Below are positions 46,142-57,914 of a DNA stretch of 64,000 bases, in pieces. Source of the stretch: a bacterium (lineage in GTDB: Bacteria > Patescibacteriota > Patescibacteriia > UBA2196); NCBI GenBank assembly GCA_035387885.1, contig DAOOOW010000002.1:7869-71868 (forward strand), written 5' to 3'. Every line of letters begins with the position of its first letter. Within the stretch, counting starts at the first letter, position 1. Both the position numbers and the translations under genes were made by a program. The notes under the pieces are model-generated. The model saw only the letters and a list, made by a program, of their open reading frames with translations. It ran no database searches and was not told the origin of the DNA.

Positions 46142-48700
46142 ATGTTATTATCTTTAAACTGGCTTAAACAATATGTTAATTTGCCCAAAAATTTAACGGC
46201 TAAAAAATTAGCTCATGATTTAACCATGTCCACTGTGGAAGTGGAAAGCATTGAAAATCAAGCAGAAATGTTTGATAAAATTGTGGTTGGTAAAATAGTT
46301 GAAGTAAAAAATCATCCGAATGCTGACAAATTAAAATTGGTTAGCGTTGATGTTGGTAAAAACGCCCCCAAAGGGGCTAAGAAAATTGATGTTGTGTGTG
46401 GTGGTATTAATTTGTGCGAAGGCATGTTGGTAGCTGTAGCCTTGCCTGGGAGCAAAGTCCGCTGGCACGGAGAAGGGGATTTGGTGGAATTACAAGAGAC
46501 AGAAATTCGTGGTCAAAAATCTTTTGGTATGATTTGTTCAAGTAATGAAATTGGTTTAGAAAGTATGTTTTCTTGTGGTGAAAAAGAAATTTTGGATTTG
46601 GGCATTGTGGTTCAAGACAGGGCCTTGAACCAACACCTAAAACCGGGGCAAAATTTAGCTGAAGCTTTGGGTTTAGATGACACCATTATTGAATTGGATA
46701 ATAAATCCATTACGCACCGGCCTGATTTATGGAATCATTATGGAGTTGCCAGAGAACTAGCTGTAATATATAAAACTCCTTTGGAGAAATTCCAAATTAC
46801 AAATAACAAATTCCAAATAAATTCCAAATTACAAAATTCAAAATTTAAAAACAATAACTTATCAATTAAAATTCAAGATAAAAAACTTTGTCCACGCTAT
46901 ATTGGTTGCTTAATTAAAAATGTTAAAGTTGGTCCATCGCCAGAATGGTTAGTTAAAAGTTTAGAAGCAGTTGGTTTACGTTCCACAAATAATATTGTGG
47001 ATATTACTAATTATGTGATGTTGGATGTGGGTGAACCAATGCATGCGTTTGATAAAGCAAAGCTTTATCAAACGCAAATCCGAAATCAGAAATCCCTGCC
47101 TCGCCGGCAGGCAGGCGAAATCCGAAAAAATGAAAAAATAGAAATTAATATTAGAACTGCAAAAAATGGTGAAAAAATAAAAACTTTTAATGGGGTGGAA
47201 AGAAAATTGGATGAAAACATACTTGTGATTGCCGACAGTGAAAAACCAATTGCTTTGGCTGGAGTCATGGGCGGACTTGATTCTTCGGTTGATGACAAGA
47301 CAACAGAAATTATTTTAGAAGCGGCCAATTTTGATGCCTTTAATGTGCGTAAAACCACGCAAAAATTAAATATCAGAACCGAAGCATCTAATCGTTTTGA
47401 AAAAAAATTAGCAGGAGAATTTGCTATACTTGGTATGCAAAAAGCTTTGCAATTGATTAAAGAAATAATTCCTGAAGCAGAAATGGGTTCAATGGTTGAT
47501 ATAAATTATGCTAAAAACCCAGATATCAAAATTAAAATTGAACATGAGTTTATTGAGAAAAGAATTGGCCAGGAAATCAGTTCGAAAGAAATAAAAAATA
47601 TTTTGGAAAGATTGGGTTTTGTCGTAGAGACGCAAGATATTGCGTCTCAAAACACGGGATACAAAATAACCGTTCCTTATTGGCGCTCAACTGGCGACAT
47701 TGATTGCCCAGAAGATATTGTGGAAGAAGTTGCCAGAATTTATGGTTATAATAATTTAAAAGATCAACCACTGGGAGTTAAACTGCATAAGCAAATTTTG
47801 CAACCAGAATTTGAATTATGTCAAAAAATTAAAGATTTTTTGGTTTTAAACTCTGGTTTAAACGAGATTTTTAACTATCCTTGGACTGAAGAAATTTACT
47901 TGAAAAAACTGGGGGAAAATGGTAAAATGATTATTGTAGCCAATCCGCCTTCCGAGGCTAATAAATGGCTCCAAAACAGCTTAATTCCCAATTTAGTTAA
48001 AAACATTGAAGATAATTTACGCTATTTTGATGAGTTTGGTATTTTTGAAATGGCTAATGTTTATTTACCCAGTAACCAAGAGTCAAAAATGTTGGCTATT
48101 GGTTTTGTTAGTCCAAAAAACACGGATGCATTTTTATCAGTCAAAGGAATTATAGAAAATATTTTTAATATTTTACAGATTACAGATTATAGATTACAGA
48201 TTACAAAAACATCAGAAAGTTATTTAAATAGTGAAAAAAGTTTAGCTGTGTGTGTAGGTGATAAACAACTTGGTTGGCTTGGAGAACTTAAAAAAGAAAT
48301 TTACCAAAAGTTTAATTTTAAAAATAGAAATATTTGTTTGACGGAAATAAATTTGACTGAGTTGATTGCTGTGGCTAAAAATGTGTCTGTTAAAAAATAT
48401 CAACCCTTGCCACAATTTCCTAGTGTAGTTCGCGATTTGGCCTTTGAGTTGGGTTGGTCAGTAAATTGGGAAAGCGTTAATAAAGAGATCCTGAAACTAG
48501 TTCAGGATGACAACATTAAAAAAGAAACAGAATTTTTATCTGAATTTGATCTTGGGAACAAAAAATCTTTAGCTTTTAGAATAATTTATCAAGCCCATAG
48601 AACCTTAACAGATAAAGAAGTTGATAATATCCAAGAAAAAATTATCAAATTAATTACAGAAAAATTTGCTGGCAAGTTAAGAGTAAATTTGAAAAAATAA
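46142..48700 (+). CDS. pheT: phenylalanine--tRNA ligase beta subunit with several repeat insertions
   Basis: HPNADKL, NIVDITNYVM, PMHAFD, EEVARIYGY, RDLAF. Confidence 0.97.
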   Translation: MLLSLNWLKQYVNLPKNLTAKKLAHDLTMSTVEVESIENQAEMFDKIVVGKIVEVKNHPNADKLKLVSVDVGKNAPKGAKKIDVVCGGINLCEGMLVAVALPGSKVRWHGEGDLVELQETEIRGQKSFGMICSSNEIGLESMFSCGEKEILDLGIVVQDRALNQHLKPGQNLAEALGLDDTIIELDNKSITHRPDLWNHYGVARELAVIYKTPLEKFQITNNKFQINSKLQNSKFKNNNLSIKIQDKKLCPRYIGCLIKNVKVGPSPEWLVKSLEAVGLRSTNNIVDITNYVMLDVGEPMHAFDKAKLYQTQIRNQKSLPRRQAGEIRKNEKIEINIRTAKNGEKIKTFNGVERKLDENILVIADSEKPIALAGVMGGLDSSVDDKTTEIILEAANFDAFNVRKTTQKLNIRTEASNRFEKKLAGEFAILGMQKALQLIKEIIPEAEMGSMVDINYAKNPDIKIKIEHEFIEKRIGQEISSKEIKNILERLGFVVETQDIASQNTGYKITVPYWRSTGDIDCPEDIVEEVARIYGYNNLKDQPLGVKLHKQILQPEFELCQKIKDFLVLNSGLNEIFNYPWTEEIYLKKLGENGKMIIVANPPSEANKWLQNSLIPNLVKNIEDNLRYFDEFGIFEMANVYLPSNQESKMLAIGFVSPKNTDAFLSVKGIIENIFNILQITDYRLQITKTSESYLNSEKSLAVCVGDKQLGWLGELKKEIYQKFNFKNRNICLTEINLTELIAVAKNVSVKKYQPLPQFPSVVRDLAFELGWSVNWESVNKEILKLVQDDNIKKETEFLSEFDLGNKKSLAFRIIYQAHRTLTDKEVDNIQEKIIKLITEKFAGKLRVNLKK

Positions 48701-48720
48701 AAATTAATAATTTTTTATAG

Positions 48721-50904
<2,184 letters not shown>

Positions 50905-50916
50905 TTTTAAAATTTT

Positions 50917-51633
50917 ATGAGTATAAAAATAGACAAAGTTATAAGAGGCGCTCTTGTGGCCGGAAGTCTTTTTATCGGTGCGGAAGGTGTTGAGGCAAAA
51001 CCACCAACAGCAAATCCAAAAAATCGCGAAAAAAAAACAGAAATGAGAAATGAAGTTGAAATCAGTGCCGAGGACGCTTTTGAAAGAGCTAAAAAATATC
51101 TAGCTAAAAAAGAAAAAGAAAATCCTGGCAGAGGAGTAGAAATTTTCAATGATCCCAAGGCAATTGAAAATATTTTGGCCAGAGTTATGATGTCTGAAGA
51201 AAAACGCCATCCCAATCAGTGGCATTTAGCCATTTTAATAGCTTGGACAGTTATTAATCGAGTAAGAAACGGGGGAATGGCTTTAACCTCAGAGGCAGTT
51301 ATGAAAGTTGTTACCCATGATAAAGATTTTGGTTTACAAAGTAAAGGTCGTCCCTATGATACTAGTTATGAGATTTTTACAGAAGATCCAAATATCCAAA
51401 AAAAAACAGCTGGTTATTATCGGATTTTTTCCAGAATGATTTTAGATGGCGAATTTAATGATTACAATAAAGGACAAGTTAGTTTTTTTCATATACAAGC
51501 TCAAAGAGCAGCTCATGCTAAAGACCCTAGTTTGTATCCATCTCCAGAACAGGTTATAAAAAACAGAGAAGGTGAAGGCTTGGAAATAGTATTAGAGATT
51601 CCCGGTTATGTTGTATTTTTTAAAAAAAAATAG
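50917..51633 (+). CDS. secreted SleB/Hydrolase_2-like cell wall hydrolase candidate
   Basis: Signal-like N-terminus; ILARVMMSE and IAWTVINRV resemble the SleB catalytic region. Confidence 0.55.
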   Translation: MSIKIDKVIRGALVAGSLFIGAEGVEAKPPTANPKNREKKTEMRNEVEISAEDAFERAKKYLAKKEKENPGRGVEIFNDPKAIENILARVMMSEEKRHPNQWHLAILIAWTVINRVRNGGMALTSEAVMKVVTHDKDFGLQSKGRPYDTSYEIFTEDPNIQKKTAGYYRIFSRMILDGEFNDYNKGQVSFFHIQAQRAAHAKDPSLYPSPEQVIKNREGEGLEIVLEIPGYVVFFKKK

Positions 51634-51771
51634 CTTGTTTGACAACCTAATGCTGATTATGCTACTCTAATTATAGAGACCAAGCAGGTCTTTTTAAAAT
51701 CCTTAAAGTTTATCTTGAGGCCTCAAGGCTAAGAGATCTCTCTTGTTTGTAAATAAATTAAAAAATAAGAT

Positions 51772-51954
51772 ATGAATAAACTTACCCAGTATTTTTCAGA
51801 GTCAAAAACAGAATTAAAAAAAGTTATTTGGCCCACCAAAAAGCAAACTCTTAACCACACCTTATTGGTTATTGGTTTTTCTTTGGGCATGGCCATTTTT
51901 TTGGGCGCTGTAGATTTGGGTTTAACCAAATTAATGGAATTAATTTTAAAATAA
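51772..51954 (+). CDS. secE: preprotein translocase SecE
   Basis: ELKKVIWPT; upstream of nusG. Confidence 0.95.
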   Translation: MNKLTQYFSESKTELKKVIWPTKKQTLNHTLLVIGFSLGMAIFLGAVDLGLTKLMELILK

Positions 51955-51955
51955 T

Positions 51956-52501
51956 ATGGCAAAACAATCCTTACAAATGGGCCGCCGTTGGTATGCTCTA
52001 CATACTTATTCTGGCTATGAAGAAAATGTGGCTCATAATTTAAAACAAAGAATTGATTCTTTGGATATGCAGGATAAAATTTTTCAAGTTTTAGTGCCTA
52101 AAGAAAAGAAAATTAAAATAAAAAATGGTCGGCGTACAACTATTGAAGAAAAAATTTATCCTGGTTATGTTTTGATAGATATGATTGTTGATGATGCCTC
52201 CTGGTATGTGGTTCGCAATACACCCAATGTTAATGGTTTTATTGGCGCTGGCAATACACCCACCCCAGTATCTGACGCTGAAATGGAAGCTCTGCAAAAA
52301 AGAATGGGCATTGAAGAACCTAAATATAAATTTGATATTATAGTGGATGATCCTGTTAAAGTGGTGGATGGGCCGTTTAAAGATTTGGAAGGCAAAGTGG
52401 CTGAGGTTGACGAATCAAGAGGTCGGGTTAAAGTTTTGGTCAATATGTTTGGTCGTGAAACTCCTGTGGATTTAGACTTTTTACAAGTAAAGAAAATCTA
52501 A
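51956..52501 (+). CDS. nusG: transcription factor NusG
   Basis: WYALHTYSGYE, PGYVL, KOW, FGRETPV. Confidence 0.98.
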   Translation: MAKQSLQMGRRWYALHTYSGYEENVAHNLKQRIDSLDMQDKIFQVLVPKEKKIKIKNGRRTTIEEKIYPGYVLIDMIVDDASWYVVRNTPNVNGFIGAGNTPTPVSDAEMEALQKRMGIEEPKYKFDIIVDDPVKVVDGPFKDLEGKVAEVDESRGRVKVLVNMFGRETPVDLDFLQVKKI

Positions 52502-52594
52502 CTAATGCGAATTAATAGCGAATTAATAGCGAATGGTGCGAATGAAAAAAATTTGTAAAATTCGTAAAAAATTTGTAATAATTCGGAATTTTAT

Positions 52595-53017
52595 ATGGCA
52601 AAAAACATTAAAACAATTATTAAATTACAAATTAAAGCTGGAGCAGCTAATCCTGCGCCACCTGTTGGTCCAGCTTTGGGTCAGCATGGCTTAAATATTT
52701 CAGAATTTTGTTCTAAATTTAATGAGGCGACCAAAGATAAAATGGGCGATGTTATCCCAGTAGAAATTACAGTTTATGAAGATAGAACTTATGATTTTAA
52801 ATTGAAAACGCCACCAGCCGCGGAATTAATTAAAAAAGCTGCCAAGATTGAAAAAGGTTCTGGTAAGCCCAATTCAGAAAAAGTTGGCAAAATTACTAAA
52901 GCTCAAGTTAGAGAAATTGCTGAAAAGAAAATGGTAGATTTAAACGCGGGTAACTTGGAAGCAGGTATGAAAATTATTGAAGGCACCGCCAGACAAATGG
53001 GCATAACTGTTGAATAA
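52595..53017 (+). CDS. rplK: 50S ribosomal protein L11
   Basis: [15 protein letters not shown]. Confidence 0.98.
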   Translation: MAKNIKTIIKLQIKAGAANPAPPVGPALGQHGLNISEFCSKFNEATKDKMGDVIPVEITVYEDRTYDFKLKTPPAAELIKKAAKIEKGSGKPNSEKVGKITKAQVREIAEKKMVDLNAGNLEAGMKIIEGTARQMGITVE

Positions 53018-53081
53018 ATTTTTAATTTTAAATTTTAAATTTTAAAATAATTTTCAATTTTAAATTTACAATTAATGTATT

Positions 53082-53110
53082 CTGTCATTCCAATAAAAGC
53101 GGGAATCCAG
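53082..53110. repeat. family A left arm
   Basis: CTGTCATTCCAATAAAAGCGGGAATCCAG. Confidence 0.75.
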
Positions 53111-53122
53111 AAAATTAACATT

Positions 53123-53554
53123 ATGGACCAAGAACAAATTTCATCAACACAAACTCCAGTACAAAATACTGTTTCAAATAATTTTGATGAACAAAAGTTT
53201 GCTAAAAAGGTCAAAACAGCAGGTATTTCGTCAATTATTTATGGTATTTTATTAATTGTGTTGGTAGTATATTATGCTTTAGCAGCTAATAAAATTAGTT
53301 TAGGTACTATATTAATGTTACTCTTTAGTGCAGTTTTTATTGTTTTAGGCATAAAAATTAAAAAAGCTTTATTAAATAGTCAGCGTAATTGGTTGGCTGT
53401 TATTATAGGTTTTAGTATTATAATTATGATTTTAAATTTTGTTTTAAGTGGCAGTATTGGTGGTTTATTAAATTTAGTTTTTTTAGCTATTTTTATTGAT
53501 GGGTATTCTGCTATAAACAGAAAAGAACAAAAATCATTTAACATCACAAAATAA
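53123..53554 (+). CDS. hypothetical four-TM protein between rplK and rplA
   Basis: Hydrophobic ORF; start reassigned after repeat. Confidence 0.7.
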   Translation: MDQEQISSTQTPVQNTVSNNFDEQKFAKKVKTAGISSIIYGILLIVLVVYYALAANKISLGTILMLLFSAVFIVLGIKIKKALLNSQRNWLAVIIGFSIIIMILNFVLSGSIGGLLNLVFLAIFIDGYSAINRKEQKSFNITK

Positions 53555-53575
53555 TTTTTTATAATATAAATTAAC

Positions 53576-53615
53576 TTGTGGGAGATTCGCCAGTCCCGAA
53601 TCGCTACAACCACAA
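53576..53615 (+). promoter_or_regulatory. ribosomal protein L1 binding (autoregulatory) RNA motif
   Basis: TTGTGG-GAG-ATTCG...CGAAT-CGCTACAA-CCACAA upstream of rplA resembles the L1 site. Confidence 0.65.
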
Positions 53616-53673
53616 AATTATTACATTTTTTATTCGCATAATTCGCACGAAATTTGTAATAATTCGTAATAAA

Positions 53674-54348
53674 ATGAAAAAATCCAAACGCATGTTAGAA
53701 GCAGAATCTAAAATTGATAAAAATAAATTTTATTCTTTAGACGAAGCTCTAACTTTAATTAAAGAAGTTTCCAAAACCAAGTTTGACGAATCTGTGGAAG
53801 CTCATATCAGACTTGGTATTGATCCCTCTAAGGGCGAACAACAAATTAGAGCCAATGTGGTTTTACCTCATGGCGCTGGCAAAGTGAAAAGAGTGGCAGT
53901 GTTTACTGAAAACGAAAAGGAAGCAATTGATGCTGGCGCGGATATTTATGGCGGTAAAGAATTGATTGAAAAAATTAAAAATACTGGGGTGATTGAATTT
54001 GATATTGCTTTGGCTTCACCAGAAATTATGAAAGACATGGCTAGCATTGCTAAAATTTTAGGTCCCAAAGGTTTAATGCCTAGCCCTAAAAATGAAACTG
54101 TTTCTAAAAATATTAAAAAATCTGTAGAAGAATTGAAAAAAGGAAAAATTACTTTTAAAAACGACGAAACAGCTAATATCCATCAATTTATTGGTAAAGT
54201 TTCTTGGAATTTAGTCAAACTTACAGAAAATTATAATGCTTTTATGGAAGCTTTAAAAAAAGCCAAACCCTCTGGTGTTAAAGGCGCTTATATTACGCAA
54301 ATAGTTCTATGTTCTTCTATGGGGCCTGGGGTTAAGATAATTGTATAG
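53674..54348 (+). CDS. rplA: 50S ribosomal protein L1
   Basis: KFDESVE, LPHG.G, LGPKGLMPSPK, SSMGPG. Confidence 0.97.
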   Translation: MKKSKRMLEAESKIDKNKFYSLDEALTLIKEVSKTKFDESVEAHIRLGIDPSKGEQQIRANVVLPHGAGKVKRVAVFTENEKEAIDAGADIYGGKELIEKIKNTGVIEFDIALASPEIMKDMASIAKILGPKGLMPSPKNETVSKNIKKSVEELKKGKITFKNDETANIHQFIGKVSWNLVKLTENYNAFMEALKKAKPSGVKGAYITQIVLCSSMGPGVKIIV

Positions 54349-54506
54349 ATTTTTAGTTTATCCAGAGCGAGCGAAGTTATACAATAGTATAACGAAGTCC
54401 GAGGGATCCCGCGGAAAAATGATCATTATGATTTTATAATAAAAACACCTTTTAGATGAGGTGTTTTTAAGTTGCTAAAAAACCATAATTTAGGTAAACT
54501 TAAGGT

Positions 54507-55499
54507 ATGAAATTGTCTATTATTATTGTTTCTTGGAATACCCGCGAATTGGTTTTAAAATGTTTAAAATCAATTTTTTCTTATTTAAAAAACATTTCTT
54601 TTGATGTTTATTTAGTTGACAACAATTCCACTGACAGCACAGTTGAAGAAGTTGAAAAATATAAAGCAGAAAATAATTTAGAAAATTTGCATATTATTGC
54701 TAATAAAAAGAATGTGGGTTTTGCTCGGGCTAATAATCAAGCGATAACTCTCTGCTGTCATTCTTATGCCAGTCAGGATCTAGAAATAAAAGAAGGAAAT
54801 TCCTGGATCCCCAATCCTGCCTCATTGGCAGATAAGCAAGTCGGGGATGACAAAAATGGCTATTTTTTATTGCTCAACCCAGACACTGAACTTATTGATG
54901 ATTCTTTAATTAAAATGATAGAATTTGCTAAAACAAACCCGGATATTGTTATTGTTGGACCCAAACTTTTAAATATAGATTTAAGTTTACAAAAATCTTG
55001 TCGCCAGTTTCCCAAACTTTTAGATCAGCTTTTAATTCAATTAAAATTTTATAATTTTTGGCCTGAAAAATTTAAAGCTACGCGCGAATATTTTATGTTA
55101 GATTTTGATTATGATAGTAGTGGGGAAGTGGAGCAAGTTATGGGGGCAGCCATGCTTATTAAAAAAAGTGTTTTTGATAAAATTGGTTTATTAGATGAAA
55201 ATTTCTGGGCGATTTTTGAAGAGGTAGATTTTTGTCAACGAGCTAAAGATGTTGGTTATAAAATTTATTATTTTGCGAACACTAAAATTGTTCATCATAA
55301 AGAGCAAAGTTTTGGGCAGTGGAAAAAACTGCGTAAGCAAATAAATTTTAATCATTCGCTATATTATTATTTTAAAAAACACAAACCCATTTGGCAGTTA
55401 TTTATTCTCTGGCTGGTCCAGCCAATAAATTTATTTTTAACTTTAGTGGATATGTTAATTGGCGTTAGACATTTTTTTGGTAAAAGTAAGGATTTGTAA
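54507..55499 (+). CDS. GT2 glycosyltransferase with family A insertion (54755-54853)
   Basis: SIIIVSWN, VDNNSTD, GFARANN, LLNPD, EEVDFC. Confidence 0.93.
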   Translation: MKLSIIIVSWNTRELVLKCLKSIFSYLKNISFDVYLVDNNSTDSTVEEVEKYKAENNLENLHIIANKKNVGFARANNQAITLCCHSYASQDLEIKEGNSWIPNPASLADKQVGDDKNGYFLLLNPDTELIDDSLIKMIEFAKTNPDIVIVGPKLLNIDLSLQKSCRQFPKLLDQLLIQLKFYNFWPEKFKATREYFMLDFDYDSSGEVEQVMGAAMLIKKSVFDKIGLLDENFWAIFEEVDFCQRAKDVGYKIYYFANTKIVHHKEQSFGQWKKLRKQINFNHSLYYYFKKHKPIWQLFILWLVQPINLFLTLVDMLIGVRHFFGKSKDL

Positions 55500-55539
55500 A
55501 ATATTTATTAATAATCATTTATTAAGAGCATCCTTTTTA

Positions 55540-55677
55540 CTGTCATTCCCGACCGCCTTCCCGATAGCAATCGGGAGGCGGATCGGGAATCCCGTTGATT
55601 ACAGAAAAAAGTTTGTGTTTATATTCACGAGATCCCCGCTCTGAGAGCCTAATCGGCAGTGCCGGCGGGGATGACAA
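55540..55677. repeat. complete family A element
   Basis: CTGTCATTCCCGA...GGGAATCCC...GAGATCCCCG...CGGGGATGACAA. Confidence 0.88.
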
Positions 55678-55773
55678 CTAGGGGGGCGAAAGCCATAAAA
55701 CTAGAAAATAAAAAACCCCGAACATTTGTGCACCGTTTGTGTTTAGATGTTCGGGGTAAAGTTTTTTACACTT

Positions 55774-55998
55774 TTATTTTTTTTGGGAATGCAAAAATGT
55801 TTCTTTGGATATTTGGGAAAAAGAAAGAACTGTTGCGTTATTGGGTTTTGTATCCCCAGATAAATTTCTTATAATCATCAGTTCCACTTCTTTTAGAGGA
55901 AAAAATTCTCTATTTGTTTGAAATGTGTAATTGCCGAAAGTTAAATTATTATTATTTGAATAAGTGGCAAGAAAAGAACAAAACCAATAGGTTTCCAT
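55774..55998 (-). CDS. small hypothetical protein
   Basis: GGAG SD before METYWFCS; hairpin terminator 55711-55760. Confidence 0.5.
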   Translation of the reverse strand: METYWFCSFLATYSNNNNLTFGNYTFQTNREFFPLKEVELMIIRNLSGDTKPNNATVLSFSQISKETFLHSQKK

Positions 55999-56070
55999 AA
56001 ATAATTTCTCCAGTATTTTAATTTTTTGTGAATTTATGTACCTAAAATTTAGCATATTATTATTATTATT

Positions 56071-57834
56071 ATGTCAAGTTTTATTAGTAAAAAATATTTT
56101 TTCATTACATTTTTTCTGCTAATATTAGCAGAAATTTTTTCATATTTAAGTTGGCAAAATCCGCTAATAAATACAATTTGTTTTAGTCTTATAATTTTAA
56201 TCACCTTAATTATATCTTGGCGCAAATTAGAATATGGTTTTTATATTTTATTTGCCGAATTGTTTATTGGCTCATTTGGCTATCTCTTTTCTTTAACAAT
56301 TAATGGCTTTCGCGTATCTTTGCGCATGGGAATCTTTGTGGTGGTGATGGCAACTTGGCTATATCGCTATTTAACGCAATTGACAACGCAATTTAACGCC
56401 AACAAAGATTGTCATTCCGACCGAAGGTCGACAAGTGAAACATTGTCGAACGTAGTGGAGGAATCTAAAAATGAGATCCCTCGACTCCGCTTCGCTCCGC
56501 TCGGGATGACAAAAGAAAAAGCGAGGATAACAAAAAAAACAATGGTCACATTTGCTGTTGTAATTATTTGGGCTTTTATCTGGGGCTTAATTCGTGGCAA
56601 TGGATTTAGTAATGTTTTTTTAGATTTTAATAATTGGCTATACTTTTTAATTATTTTGCCAGTATTTGGTGTTCTAAAAAAATATAACCACCCTGGCTCG
56701 TCCAAATTGCCAGAAGGACTCGCCACCCCTCCTTTAAAAGGAGGGGACAGTAAAAATGTTTTTTTTAAAAATATTATTTCAATTCTTTCTGCGGCCGTAA
56801 TAATTATTTTTTTAAAGACATTTTTTTTATTTTATCTTTTTACCCATGGTTTTGCTGACATTGGTTCGGAAATTTATAGATGGGTGCGCGACACGCGCAT
56901 TGGTGAAATTACTCTAATGGGTGGGGGGCTTTATAGAATATTTATTCAATCGCAAATCTATAGTTTGTTGTTATTTTGTATTTTGTTTTTTAAGGGTTGT
57001 CATCCCGAGCGGAGCGAAGCGGAGTCGAGGGATCCCGTAGATAAAAATAAAAAAGAAAACAACCAAAAATTACCTATTACTTATTACCTATTACTTATTA
57101 CCTCTCTTACCACCATTATTCTTAGCCTCTCCAGAAGTTTCTGGCTTGGCTTAACTGTTAGTTTAATTATTTATTTTTTTTACACATTACACATTATTCA
57201 TTACACATTACTTTTCTTTTTTAAATCCTTTTCAAAACTTCTTATAGTTGTTATTATGAGTTTGTGTCTAATTGTGGCCACACTCTATCTGCCGCCAAAA
57301 AAGGATTATGATTTGTCTGTTTTAATTTCTAAGCGAGGCATTTCCAGTAGCGAGCCAGCCAGTTCTTCTAGAATAAGTCAATTAAAACCTTTGCTTTTGG
57401 CCATTAGCCAGCATCCTATAATTGGTTCTGGCTTTGGCACCACTGTAACTTATAAATCCACTGATCCCCGCGCCATTCAAGAATCATTAAACAATTCTGG
57501 TCTTATTAAGACTTACGCTTTTGAGTGGGGATATTTGGACATGATGTTAAAATTTGGTGCACTGGGATTATTTGCTTACCTATATTTAATTTATTTAATA
57601 ATGAAAAGATTGTTGAATTTCCAATTTCCAATTTCCAATTTCCAAACAAATTGCAAATTTAAAATTCAAAATCAAAAACTTGTTAACCATAATTCATTAT
57701 TCATTATTCATTATTCACTTTTCTTTGCCCTGCTTGCCTTGCTCATTGTTAACATTTTTAGCCCCTATTTAAATCATCCCTTGGGCATTGGCTTCCTCAT
57801 TTTAATGCTAATAGTTGCGAATGAGGGCGAATGA
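56071..57834 (+). CDS. O-antigen ligase/polymerase-like membrane protein with multiple repeat insertions
   Basis: SLSRSFWLG, R...HPIIGSGFG, K.G.LG; many TM segments. Confidence 0.85.
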   Translation: MSSFISKKYFFITFFLLILAEIFSYLSWQNPLINTICFSLIILITLIISWRKLEYGFYILFAELFIGSFGYLFSLTINGFRVSLRMGIFVVVMATWLYRYLTQLTTQFNANKDCHSDRRSTSETLSNVVEESKNEIPRLRFAPLGMTKEKARITKKTMVTFAVVIIWAFIWGLIRGNGFSNVFLDFNNWLYFLIILPVFGVLKKYNHPGSSKLPEGLATPPLKGGDSKNVFFKNIISILSAAVIIIFLKTFFLFYLFTHGFADIGSEIYRWVRDTRIGEITLMGGGLYRIFIQSQIYSLLLFCILFFKGCHPERSEAESRDPVDKNKKENNQKLPITYYLLLITSLTTIILSLSRSFWLGLTVSLIIYFFYTLHIIHYTLLFFFKSFSKLLIVVIMSLCLIVATLYLPPKKDYDLSVLISKRGISSSEPASSSRISQLKPLLLAISQHPIIGSGFGTTVTYKSTDPRAIQESLNNSGLIKTYAFEWGYLDMMLKFGALGLFAYLYLIYLIMKRLLNFQFPISNFQTNCKFKIQNQKLVNHNSLFIIHYSLFFALLALLIVNIFSPYLNHPLGIGFLILMLIVANEGE

Positions 57835-57914
57835 GTACGAATATTTATTCGCAAAATTCGCTTTAAATTTGCAATAATTCGCAGGAAACATTTTTAACTA
57901 TATAAAATATCTGT

